This document shows, in pieces, positions 47,358 through 59,460 of a stretch of DNA of 64,000 bases (positions within the stretch are counted from its first letter, which is position 1; each line of letters begins with the position of its first letter). The stretch spans positions 76,237,936 through 76,301,935 of the forward strand of contig JARFYF010000052.1 of the NCBI GenBank assembly GCA_030265395.1, written 5' to 3'. The translations under genes and the position numbers were made by a program. Source of the stretch: Rhina ancylostomus. Taxonomy: Eukaryota. The notes under the pieces were generated by a model. That model was not told where the DNA came from. It saw nothing but the letters and a program-made list of their open reading frames with translations, and did no database searches.

Positions 47358-50300
47358 TAATGGCTTAGAGGCTGATGCGGGAAGAATATTTGACTCTACC
47401 AACAAAACTGGTTGCATAAGCTACAAAGTAACAACATTGAATGAAATTTTGTCTACATTGTGCCACGTTCATCAGAAACTTCTTACAGCAATGCTGAAGT
47501 GTCTAATGCAAGAAAAAGGTGCTTTCAATGTACAATGCAGAGAACAAAGATATTCACAATGTCAAAATTCCTCATTTAGTTCCAGTGAAAATAAAGCAAA
47601 TGAGGAATCATGTAACTGTACTAGATTCCAATGGTGTGAAAGTTGCTCCACACAGACTGTACGATCAGTTCCTCTTCCATGGGTTCCTCGCCATAGTTGT
47701 ATGAAAGATGTGCATTGTTCATCATGCAAAAAGGGCACACTCGAGTGCTTCACAATAATAAGTAATGGAATTTGCAAAAAATGTAACAAGGTCAATGTAT
47801 ACCAAGTTTGCACTGGGTCATATAAACATTTTTCTGGAGGCATTTATGGTCGAGGAGCTGTTCAAGTTTACAGTGAACTTCCAATTGAAGAGATTTCCAA
47901 CACAGCAGCAGAATCTCCTATCCTGACATATGGCATCAAAGATTACAGTAAACCACGAAGTCCTTCTCCTCCGCCGTTATCACCAGTAGAAACTGACGGT
48001 TTTGAAGTTGATAGGATGAACAAAGCCATTTCTACCTTAGATGCCAATAGTATTGAACTTATCATCACCCAGCCTCCCTCTCTTTCACCAGAAGAGGAAG
48101 AATGTTGTGACCCTGGGGTCTCTAACCAAACTCAGACCAGACCAAAGTCAGCAGATCAACTCCAACCAGGAATGTATGAATTTGAAGTAGTCCATAATGA
48201 AATTAGTAGGTCATCAGAATCTGCGAATGACTTGGAAAAAGGTGAACATTCTGCTTCATTTCAGGAGGTAATGGAGCGGATAAATGAAAAATTGAAATCA
48301 ATTGAAACATCAGATGAAGGCCAAGTTTTGGCTAACCTTTCCAATGATGATTCTTGTAATAATAATGACAGTCTTAAATTGAGAGAAATCACATCTTCTT
48401 TAACGCACATAGCANNNNNNNNNNNNNNNNNNNNNNNNNNNNNNNNNNNNNNNNNNNNNNNNNNNNNNNNNNNNNNNNNNNNNNNNNNNNNNNNNNNNNN
48501 NNNNNNNNNNNNNNCACAAAGCAAAAGTCAGTGATTACAGCCTAATGGAATTACTTAAGCAACATGAAAAAAACAGGGAAAACCGAATTATTCAAACTCG
48601 TTTCCGGAAGCGGCAGGAGACCTTAATTGCTCTGCATAATTCTCCAGATTCGCCATCATCTCGACGTCAGACGGTACAAATAAAAAGAGACCTTGCAAAT
48701 CTTGATCAACTGTTTTTAAATAAGGAATCAACATCTGAAAAACTTGGAAGGAAGTCAGCAAAGAGTTGTCATAAATATAAAAGTTCACCAGAAAAAGAAT
48801 CTACACTTAGAGAGCATTATATTAAAGAAACTTCACCAGCAGAAGAATCTTTACTATTCAGTAAAGATTTGGAGAATGTTGATAACATTATTTTGCAATC
48901 CAGTAGTTTGCCTGACCAATTTAGTGGGTTAACACCATCTTTAGAATTTGTTGTAAATGAAACCAGAGATGTGACAGAGTGTGCCAATTCAAAAGAAAGT
49001 TCAAACTCAGATCTGTTCTACATTCCTGACCTGGATGAAATCAGAATGGGGATTCCANNNNNNNNNNNNNNNNNNCCTGATTATGATTTTCAGGAATTTC
49101 CTTTGTGCTTACAAGATTCTAACAAAATGGACTATAAATCTAAAATTGGGAGGGCCAAACGAAAAATTCTGCCTCCAGAAAGATTTTCTATATATATTAC
49201 TGAGCCTAGAAAAATGTTCTATGCTGCCTGTTTTCCTGAAAATTTCCAGCGAAAACCTATTAAGGCAAAAAAATCTGGTATGGACTGTGAGAGTAATGTT
49301 TGTGAAATGCCTAACGTTGCCAATTCCATGAAGATAACACTCCATAGTGAAGAGCAGGACAATGTAGTTGTATATGAAGTTGCTGAAGGATTGGAAGCAA
49401 CTTCCTCTACTCAGTGTGAGCTCCTGAAGGGCATAGACAGTAACAGTAAAAGAACTGATAATTTATTAGCAATGGAAGAACATACAACTAAGCATAATTC
49501 ACCTGACATGATACTTCATGCATCACAAAAAACAGATGAACTTGTGGATCAATACAATAATAGAAAGGAAATAACACCGACAGTGTTAAATGCTGATTCA
49601 TTGAAAGCTGCTTGTTCCATGGAACATAATGACCCTGATGTTTGTAACAGTGGTAACTCAGAGCTTGTTGCCAAATGGGAAACATTGGAGAATGCAGTAA
49701 ATAATTTATTTTCTAGTAGCCCTGATTCTGGTGCCATACTTAACTCCAATTCATTCTTGGCAAGTGGCTGTCTGAGTGTGAATCCTCCATTGCAGCAAAG
49801 GTGTCTACATCGTGCAATTTGTGATAGCTTGGTTCATAAGAATACTGATTCTCTAAATGGAATAGACATGAGTAAGAATTGCTCCATTTATTACAACAGT
49901 CCCATAAAGCTTATGTTTCTTTCTGAGATAAACAGTGATAAAGGAGTCAAATATACTCTGACGTCTGTGACCTCTTCAAAGCTTGACACCAATCATCCTC
50001 TTTCAAAAGTTCATCCTGAAGAAATTTACCTTAAAGGACCAGAGGTAAGCAATTCATCTGGTTCTGATAATGATAATGCAACAGAGTATTTCCAAAATCC
50101 GCCAGCTTGTGAAAGTGATGAAACAACAGAACATATCCAAAATCCAGCTGCTTCTAAAAGCTTTAATACAGCGGAATACTTCCAAAATCTGTCTGCTTCT
50201 AACAGTGGTAATGCAGCAGAATGTTTGGACAATTGTTCAGAAAGTTCTTCAAAAGCCTGTGAGGATGTAAATTGCAATCTAGATACATTCAGCTGTAATG

Positions 50301-53058
50301 GTTCTCCTTGTTGTTCAAATAATTATGCAGGTGGTAATACCAGTCAGATGGTAGAAATAACATTGAATTCAAAGGAAGTGGCTGAATCCATTCTAAAAAG
50401 AAAACCTGGTCGACCCAAAAAACTAGGCCCACCAGTGGAAAAGCAGGTTAAAAGGCCCAAGGGCAGACCACCAAAGCCTAAAGTAGAATTATCAGAACCT
50501 GTTGAGTATGCGGCTGAAGATGCACATCCTGAAAAACTCAATTCCCCTTCCACAGATGATAGCCGTAACATTAAAATTACTGTTGTCTATGGAAGATCAA
50601 GAAGGTTCAAAAGACTTGTATCTGAGAATGATAAAATTTTAACAAATAATCACCTCAGAAATGCTAATGAAAGTAATTTAAAACAAAATTGTGAAAATAA
50701 AGTAGCACAGTGCAGTGAAAGTTTGCAAAGTTCCACTGCAGAGGAATTTGAAGGCAAAACTGATAGTTCTGCATCGTCACTGACTGAATGTGAATATGGA
50801 TATGATTTAGTTAGGCCCATAAAGGATAAACCTGTTTCCCTTCATACCACTGGCAATGCTGTTTGTCCAAGTAGCAAGCCTCTGTCAACGAAAACTTGCA
50901 AAGGTGGACAACGAAAACCTGGACGTCCTGCTAAAGTGAAGATTTCAGGTATATCTGTGACTGTTAATGCAGTATCACCGCGAGAAAGAAAAGTCTGTAT
51001 TAATAGTACATTACCTCCATTAGAACAGGAGTCCCCACCTTCAAGTAAACAATCTGAAGATACAACTATCAAAGACAGGAACTTAAATAGAGAGATGTCT
51101 TTGAGCATTCCACGTAACTGTGAAGCAAGATCAAAGAAAAATCCTGTTGAAAAGAAAGTAAAACATACTCTGCCCCTGAGGCATTCGGTTAGAATTAGAA
51201 AGCCATCTCTGTACTTCATGCATTCCTTTGCAAACTCTTGTTCACTTTCTCAAAGCAGTGCTCTAATACGTAAATCTCGAAAGCTGCTTTTAAACAAAGC
51301 AGGGAATGAACTTGCTAAAAGCAGGAAGTTGGGTCTTAAAATGGCAGCTGAAAACATCGTCTCAAATGCTACATTGGAAAGTAAAGAGGAGGAAACCAAG
51401 AATAAAATAGATGAATTTGACTGTGATTTTGAAATGTCANNNNNNNNNNNNNNNNNNNNNNNNNNNNNNNNNNNNNNNNNNNNNNNNNNNNNNNNNNNNN
51501 NNNNNNNNNNNNNNNNNNNNNNNNNNNNNNNNNNNNNNNGAAATGTCAGCAGATCCAGTTTTTGTATCAGGCACTTCACTCAGGTGGTGGCACAGCTCCA
51601 CTTCAAAACAAACTTTGCAGGAGGAACTTGATCTGCGATTTGAACAAATCAACAGTGGTTGGCGTCCTGTTGATGCCACAGAATTGATGATTTCTTCTGA
51701 CAAAAGAAAACATCCAATTCACTTTGAAGGCATCACTAAATCAGTGATGATTGCAGATAATAAGAATCAGGTTCAAATTTCCCCTATCCAAATGTTGTTT
51801 CAGGGGCATTGTAATATGGATAAAATTCGTGCATGGTTTATGCAAACAACAGAAACTCATTCTTTAGCAATTGTAAGAAAAGAAAATGCCCGTGATCCCA
51901 TTGAGGTTCTGAATGCTAAAGGAATTACTGCATCAGGAAATCAAATTGATTCTGCCTCCAACCCTCAGGCAGAACATTTGAAAAAGCACCTTAAAAAATT
52001 TGCACTAGAATCCCCTGTCAGGCCAAGAGGCCATTTCCATCTGTCAAACAGGATGTCAAAGTTTAAAGTTTATAAACCTAAAAGGCTTCTGGTAGAACAT
52101 AACAAAAGGGTTTGTTGTAAACCACACCACAAGAAATTGTTGCACCACCACAGAGTTCAGTACAAGCAATGGAAGTCTGCTTGGAAGCATTTAAATGAAA
52201 TTCCACCATTCCAACATGACTCAGTGAACATAGAAAGCAAAAATGGTCCAAAAAAAGAGTCTGAAATAAATAGCTTTTCAACTGCAAAAGAATCCAATGG
52301 AAAGGAAAATGAAAACCAAGATAAAATAATAACTCGGAATAACATGAGTGCTGCTTTATCTAGTTGTGCAGATGACCAGAATTTAAATTCATTGAAAAAT
52401 TCAGAATGCAAAAGNNNTGAAAGTACAACAAAGGATTCAGAAAAAGAAGCATCTGTTGTGGGTGGGCAACAAGAAATTATTTGTAGAAACATGAACTGGA
52501 AACTGGCAAACTTTAAAGAATGCAGGGTATTTCTAAGGAAGATCAACTCCCTGGATCAGAGCCATTTCAGAAATAATGGTGTATGGACCCTGTCCAAAAA
52601 TAGCTCATCCAATAGTAAAGGCACAGGTAACCTTCAGAGGTACACTGAAGTAAATACAGATCCATCTACTGAAATGAATATCCCTGCTGTTAGTACCTTT
52701 GAAACACAAAATTTAAATCCTGTAGGTCATAATCCATGTGAACCAAAAGGGAAGAGAAAGTACACAGAAAGAACAAATAATGAGAATGGGCTAAGTTGTT
52801 CACCATCTAAAAAAGTTAAGTATTTTGCAAGCAAGCAGTCGATTTGCCAAATCAACGGCAATTGGCTCCCTTCATTGGATACAAACAGTAACTCGGTAAA
52901 TGAAAAGAGTTCACGAAAGGAAAATACAGAAATAGTGAAGGCTAATGCAGGAAAACTAAAAAGGCATACAGATGTCAACACAGATGCAACACCATTGAAG
53001 AGGATGAGACAATCTGTTGAACAAAGATTGTCGTGTAGTCAATTACAGTTCCAAATAG
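47358..53058 (+). CDS. LCORL: LCORL giant alternative coding exon encoding the PALI2 isoform (PRC2-associated LCORL isoform; AT-hooks, PIP domain)
   Basis: Acceptor ttttatctttacAG at 47356-47357, phase-compatible with donor 23281 (GG|T AAT). Donor G|GTAAGA at 53059. Made of ORFs 47293..48534, 48545..51631 and 51411..53141, separated only by N gaps. Motifs: RSPSPPPLSP, IIQTRFRKRQE, SPIKLMF, KRKPGRPKK, LRWW, SPIQMLF...WFMQTTETHSL, HLKKHLKKF. Confidence 0.9.
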
Positions 53059-54479
53059 GTAAGATTGAAATATTGAAGTTTCATTATAATAGGAAAGTGA
53101 ATTCCTCTGTCATTCTCTGTCAAAATTTTTATTCATTGTGAAGTCCTTTTTTAAACTTTGGAGTCCTATTATGTTATTTAAAGAAATGCTAATTTAAAGA
53201 AATGCTAATTTAAGAAGAAATTACTGAATATAAAAATATGATTGCTTATCACTTTACTATCGTTCTGCATCATCAGAGTGTTTGTTCTATCCTGTAATGG
53301 CAAATGAGGCCAATAAAACAAAGGTTGACTTGTCACCACATTGCTACTCATGGGAAGTCTCTGTGTGCAAAAAGTGGAAAGAAATAAAAATAGTTCAGTG
53401 GGAAGTGGGGTGCTGCTGGTACCGTATAGGGTACATTCATTTCCAGTCTGCAATCCAGGTGTACACAGCTTTATATTATAACCTCAAATTTGCATGACCA
53501 CCCCTTTGGTCTCATGATTTATGCACAAGCTATTTGCTCTGATTCGCATTGACATTATTGATAGTGTTCAACAATAAAAAGGTCACACAACTAATTGATT
53601 AATTATAGCAACACTTGATGTTGGGTAATTTGAATATGAAGCCAAGATGCCTGGTGTATTGTGTCCATTTGGCATCCTGTATACAGAAGGGACATGGTTA
53701 GAGAAAGTTTAAATTACAGGTAGAAAAGGTGCAACCTGTGACAAGTTTTATAGTAATTATAGGCTGCTCTGACAGCTTAAGTTGATTGTATCCAATCTTA
53801 TGAAATGCTAATGCAATGAAAATACTGCACTGAATATTTCTAACAATTCAAGAATAGAGATCTTACTTTTGTTACTTAGTTTCTTGTGGATTTTTACTGA
53901 GATTTGTTTGAAGTCAAATATAATTATAAATATGATTCATTCTTGTTTAGTCATGTGTGTTTTGCCTCAATTTAAAAAAGAATGTCGAGTTACTTTGACT
54001 GGATGGATGTTTTATAGGAAAATTTTGCAGGGCAGTGGGAAAAGAGCAAGATAACATTTGCAATTGAAATCTTGAACTCACTAAGATATATAGCCTTTTT
54101 TTGTACTTATCTCCAAAAATAACAAAATAAAATGCAGTTTATCTATTACTACTATAAATCTTCATCCCCTCTGCCCTTCCCATGGCCCAGAACTCACTAG
54201 CACCAACAATAAATGATGTACACCTCTCCCTTAATTTACTGAAATCACATCATTGGTAGGCCTCATTCTAGAGCAACAAGGTTCATGTTGAGAGAGACCA
54301 ATTACAGCTCTGCAGGTAGGGACCAAAACTCTCTCAAGAGATAAGCAGACACACACCTTCGTGAATTATTAAAACTAATTTGACCAGGCAAGACTGTACG
54401 ACATCCCGAGGGACTGGGAGAATAAAGATTTGTTCAGAAGTTAGCAGGATCAAAAAGAAAGGAATTGTAAGGCAGACCA

Positions 54480-57400
54480 AAATGGGTTTAGAATGCAAGT
54501 CTGTAAATGCGTGGGGTGATAAATAAATTTGGCGAGCTGCGGCCAAAAGTACCTGCTTGAGATTATAAATGCTGGCAGTTAGGGAGATGTGGCTCAAAAA
54601 GGAAGGGGAATGTTGACTTAAATGTTCCTGGGTACAGAATATTTAAGAATGATATAGAAGGACAAAAACCAGAGGCTGGCAAGATTCGACAAAAGGAACT
54701 GTTATAACATTAGTAAAGTAAAATTAAAAAAAGAAGTTCAAATTAAAGAACAATAGAAGTGGTACATAATAAAAGTCACCAAATAGTAGAAAGGAGATGG
54801 ATGAGTGAATTTCCAGACAAATTACAGTCCTCAACTTTTTGTAAAGATAATGGGGGCTTTCAGTAATCCCGATGTAGACTGGAAAAAGATAAGTCACATA
54901 ACGACCAAAGGGAGTAGGAATTCTCTGAAACATATACAAAAGAACTTTCTTAATCATTGTGTTGCTAGCCCAAAGAAGGAAGCAGTATTGGGTCTGGTTC
55001 TGGGATGTGAAGGGCCAAGGGAGCATGTTTTCATGGAAAAAGTATCAGATATCAAATTTAGAAAAAAAAATGAGGAAAATTCAGTTCATGATATTCAAAT
55101 TAAGGAAGGCCAATTTTAACGTGATTTGGCCAAGATAATTGGATCAAAGATTTACAGTTTTACCTTCAGTGCTAGGCCTTCAAAGCAGAGATGCTTCAGG
55201 TACAGGCTAGATCTTCTCCCTTGAGGATAAAAGAACTGACATCCACAGCAGGAGCTACATAAATAAATCCATAGATTAAAATGAAAAGAGAAAGAAACTT
55301 GATAAATATCATATTTATAAGTTAGTAGCAAATCTAGCTGCAAAGAGAAAGTAGAGGGGAAATATTTTAAAGAAATGCATTAAGCTGGAATTATGTGAGA
55401 ATAGGTTATTGGGTAACTACAAAGTGGGTAAGTATAAAGTCTTATAAACAGTAATGAATGAAAAATCAAAGGAATAGACTTGGTCTCCTTTCTCTTAGAA
55501 AGTGGAGGCCAAAGTATAACACAATAGCAATCCTGAGTTTTGAAGGGTTTTGATTGTGTTTCTACTTTTATTGGTGTTGGTTTATTATTGCCACTTGTAC
55601 CGAGGTACAGTGAAAAGCTCGTCTTACAAACTGATTGTACAGGTCAATTCATTACACAGTGCAATTACACTGAGTCAGTACAGAGTGCATTGATGTAGTA
55701 CAGGTAAAAACAACACTACAGAGTAAAGTGTACAGCTAGAGAAAATGCAGTGCCATAAGTTTTAGGAACGAACAAAACCAGAGAACACCAATGTAAGATA
55801 GTCACCAGGATATCAAATAGGGAATTTAAAACGACCACCTTCACCCAGTGAATGTTGAGAATGTGGAACTCGCTACCAAAGGAGTTGTTGAGGCAAATAT
55901 TTTGAATGGAATTAAGGGAAAGCTAGTTAAAGACATGAAGATAAAGGGAAACAGTAATAACCAGGTGAGGAAGAATAGACTGGTTGTACTGAATAGCTTC
56001 TTTCTGTGCTTTATATTCTACATGTAGAGGATATTGTCAATATCACAGTAACAGAGTTGGCAGATGGGTTGGATAGACTAAAAGTAGAGGTTCTAAAAAT
56101 TTTGGGACAGCACAAAATAGAAAAGCAACCAGATCCTGGTCTAGGTTTGTTAATGGCAAATCATGTCTGACTAACTTAAAATTGTTGATGATTTGACGGA
56201 ATGCAGGTGAAGTAAGTCAGCTAATTCTGTTTCCAAAAGGCAGTGAATAAAGTGCCATGTAATAAAAGTTAGCAAAATTGATGTCCAGGGGATTAAAGAA
56301 TCAGTGGTTGTGTTATGGTAGAGGCAGAAAATAGTGAGAAATGATTATTTTCCACACTAGAAGGAAGTTTACAGTAGTTGGTGTTGGTATCACTGTTCTT
56401 TCTGATAATGACTTGGGTATACGGGGCAAAATTTTGAACTTTGCAGATGAAACTTAGAACTGTAATATAAAATGAAAAGTATAGTGTGAAACTGGTAAAA
56501 TGAGTAGACACATGGCAGATAACAATTCAGCATAGAAATGAGAAAATGAGTGATTATGATGAACAGTGTCTCCTGAGGGTGTATTTACACAAGGCTTTGA
56601 AGGTTTCAGCACATGTTGAAAAAGGTCTTTAAAAAGGCATCCAGGATTCTTACCTTTTTAAACAAAGACAAAGAGTGTGAAAACAAAGGCATTGTGTTAA
56701 ACCCTTATAAAACTTGGGTTAGAAGCCAGCTGGAACCCAGTGTCTGATACTGGTAGGATGTCGGCTTAGAATGTAAATGAGATTACCTAGAATAGTAGTA
56801 GGGTGAAAGCTTTAGACACATGGAAATACAAAAGCAAACCGGGTGGCTCTCCATGGCAGAGAGGATTAAGGGCATTTTTGATAGAGGTGTTCAAAGTGGT
56901 GAACCATTTTGATAGAGTAAATAAGGAGAAACTTCTCAGTGGTAGAAGACTCAGTAATGAGCGAACACTGTTATAATGTAATTGATCTGAAGTGATGTTA
57001 TCAGGGAATAAACTAAGTCATAGCTACTTTCTATAGGAAAAGGAATGTATCTAGCATTGTATAACAATCCAGCATGGTAATCAATATCACAGAAGAGTTA
57101 CAGAATTCAAGTACGTTGTAGCTATTTTTGAAGGAAATCAATAAATTAGGGAAATTTGGGAAGGGTGTGTATAGTAAATGCCACCTACATGCATTTTCAG
57201 AAGACATTTGATAAAGCTCTACACAAAAGCTCTAACAAAACTAATGCCTTTGGAATTAAATTTGCCACAAAGAATGAGAGCAATGCAGAGTAAATGGCAT
57301 AGTTCTTAAGGATGTGCAGAAACAGGGACTTGGTGCATATGTACATTAATCCTTTAAGATGATGGTGCAGGTTGAGAGAGTGGTTACTAAAGTATTTGAA

Positions 57401-57960
57401 ATCCTTGGATTTATAAATAGATGTGTGAAATACAGAACTAAGGAAAGTTTGTACAAGGAAATTTGGTTAGGGAGTTAATAGAGTATTGCATCTAATTCTC
57501 ATTATATAATTTTAAGAAGAATATGATAGTCCTAGATAAGACAGAGAAACAAATTACCAGAATGGTTCTAGCAAAGGGGGATTTCAGCTTTAAGCAAACT
57601 GGAGAAACTGGGGTTCTCACTGAACAAAGATGCTTAAGATATCTTATAGAGATGTATAATATCATGATTGGTTTAAATTGGATAGATGAAGAGGAGCTGC
57701 TCCACTTAGTGGATGATTCAAGAATCAGAGAGACAAGTTTGAAAATTTGGGCCAGAATAATATAAGCTGAATGTGAGGAAACACTTCATATAGAGAGTAG
57801 TTATGTTGTGGAATTCACTGCCTTTGGAAACATAATTGATTGGTGTCTTTAAAGGAATTGGGAAAAGAATGGGAAATGGATCTGATGTGAAATTGCCCTA
57901 CTATGAACTTGGATACATTCAATGGGTCTTATGTACCATAGAAATTCTATGCTTCCTTTC
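54480..57960 (+). mobile_element. Mosaic of decayed CR1 LINE pieces, including an endonuclease-domain remnant
   Basis: ORF 54805..55119 IMGAFSNPDVDW...FLNHCVASPKKEAVLGLVL resembles the APE-domain GDFN.PDIDW motif. RT and tail remnants at 56150-56950 and 57320-57960. Confidence 0.7.
55568..55760 (-). mobile_element. Retroposon 3'-tail fragment (same family as 15163-15371) nested in CR1
   Basis: ttggtttattattgccacttgtaccgaggtacagtgaaaagct is reverse-complementary to gtttttcactataccttggtgtatgtgacaataataaaccaa. Confidence 0.65.
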
Positions 57961-58246
57961 TATAGTTGGTCATCAGAGAAAATATAATTGTTTGACTTTG
58001 TTGGTCAAACTAAGTAAAATAGTTTATTTTTCATAAAAGTGGGTTGCTGAGGGCACAGCAAAATAATGCAAAAAAAAATCCTGATGTTCCCTTTGTTTCT
58101 TGGACAACAACATCAGTTTCATTTGAAGAAGAAAATGAGTGAATAGGTAAAGCCCCTTTTCTAGAATAGAACTGCCATTGAATGATACTGGAAAGTTTAT
58201 ACACATATTTTGGCATGTTTTAATTTGTTTAAATTTTTATATATAG

Positions 58247-58260
58247 GCAACTCCACTTGA
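58247..58260 (+). CDS. LCORL: Candidate final coding exon of the PALI2 isoform (adds G-N-S-T-stop)
   Basis: T-rich acceptor aaatttttatatatAG at 58245-58246, just after a CR1-filled intron. Joined to the phase-1 donor at 53058 it reads GGC AAC TCC ACT TGA. Followed by repeat-free UTR-like sequence. No homology support. Confidence 0.4.
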
Positions 58261-59460
58261 TGCGGAATTATACCTTTATAATGGATGGCTGGAATTACAC
58301 ATCATTGCTACCAAGACTTGGCACATCTTACTGTAAATTTGGAATTTTAAGAAGAAAGTTGTCGTATCTCATTCAGAGTCTATTTAATTAGTGCCTTAAT
58401 ATTCAGCCTACTGATTCAGGTTGAATGTATTTAGCAGTATCTTCTTGTGTTTGCTGCTTTGTAGCCAAAACCTGAAGCTGTCTGAACAATGTTGTAGATA
58501 TCAGAGTTGCACTAATTCTCTTTATTCAAAAAAATCTCATGCTTATTGCCTTGCAAGAACCCGTTAGAGTACCTACAAATTAATGTTCCTTTGGATTATT
58601 ACTAGTTCTCATACATGTATATAACAATAGCATCAGCTGATTAATTATTCATTCTTTTTAAGCTTTTCTGTTCAAAAGTTTATTTTCACCAAATCATATA
58701 CAGCTGTAAATCATAATCCATTTGAAGTTTGTATTACTTGTTTTGAAAGGGAAATTATGGAATATGATTTATTTTCACTGTCCATGTTTTTGGAAAGCAA
58801 GGCACTTCAGTTATTGTACTCAATTTACATTACACTTTAGTAATTTTCTGTGTATATTGTGTTGTAATTTTTTATATATAAATTTGTATCAATGTAGTTT
58901 GATAAGTTCTCAAAATTTTAAATAGTTCAAATTGTCCTTTAATGGAAACAGTTCTTGTTGCAGGAGTAAAACTACCTCAAGCTATTGAGCATATTCTAAA
59001 CTTTTCTTTATGGGGGAGTGGGGTTCATAGATATTATGTGTAGACACTGGTATCTGCTTCATTTGATTGTGCAAATCTCAACAACAATGAATTGGTTGCA
59101 GGCCTGAAAGAACTGGTCATTGTTATACAAGGCCCAGGTATACAATCTTTTGTCAGTGCTCTCCTTCAGTGACATTTAACTCAGGGAAAATAAAACTTGT
59201 GCTTTGTCTCCAGATTATTCAGTCTGGTAGAGTGCCCTGTGGTAAAATGTTACTACTCTGAATGTGATAACCTGTAGAACAAAATCTGTCTGCAGGGCCT
59301 TTTCTTTAAACATTTACAGCAATGGGCAGTTCATCTGTTTACTGCCTAATAAGCTGTAAATTTTCAGTCCTAATTTGCTGTACAGTATTGTTCACTTTCT
59401 CTCAACTTGAATGAGATATTTTTGGCTTGGTGATAAAATAAAAATAAGTCTTTCATCATT
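58261..59460 (+). other. LCORL: Candidate 3'UTR of the PALI2 isoform with AATAAA at 59189-59194 and 59437-59442
   Basis: Repeat-free AT-rich tract with canonical poly(A) hexamers; the second is followed by T-rich sequence. Seed matches to miR-124 and let-7. Confidence 0.4.

Noticed and set aside
47562-52981. Minus-strand and alternate-frame ORFs overlapping the PALI2 exon
   Set aside because: They are short, have no recognisable motifs, and are expected as shadows of a long coding exon.
47293-53141. Three separate genes or a frameshifted pseudogene
   Set aside because: Frame changes fall only at 100-N gaps with overlapping flanks, and there are no in-frame stops otherwise. The ATG at 47293 lies in the intron upstream of the acceptor.
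53059-53141. C-terminal tail KIEILKFHYN...FYSL* as the true protein end
   Set aside because: It follows a strong G|GTAAGA donor and looks intronic. Read-through cannot be excluded without RNA data.
53180-53213. 16-bp tandem duplication (aagaaatgctaattta) and similar micro-duplications at ~6180, ~8396 and ~19545
   Set aside because: Ordinary slippage duplications in intronic sequence with no further structure.
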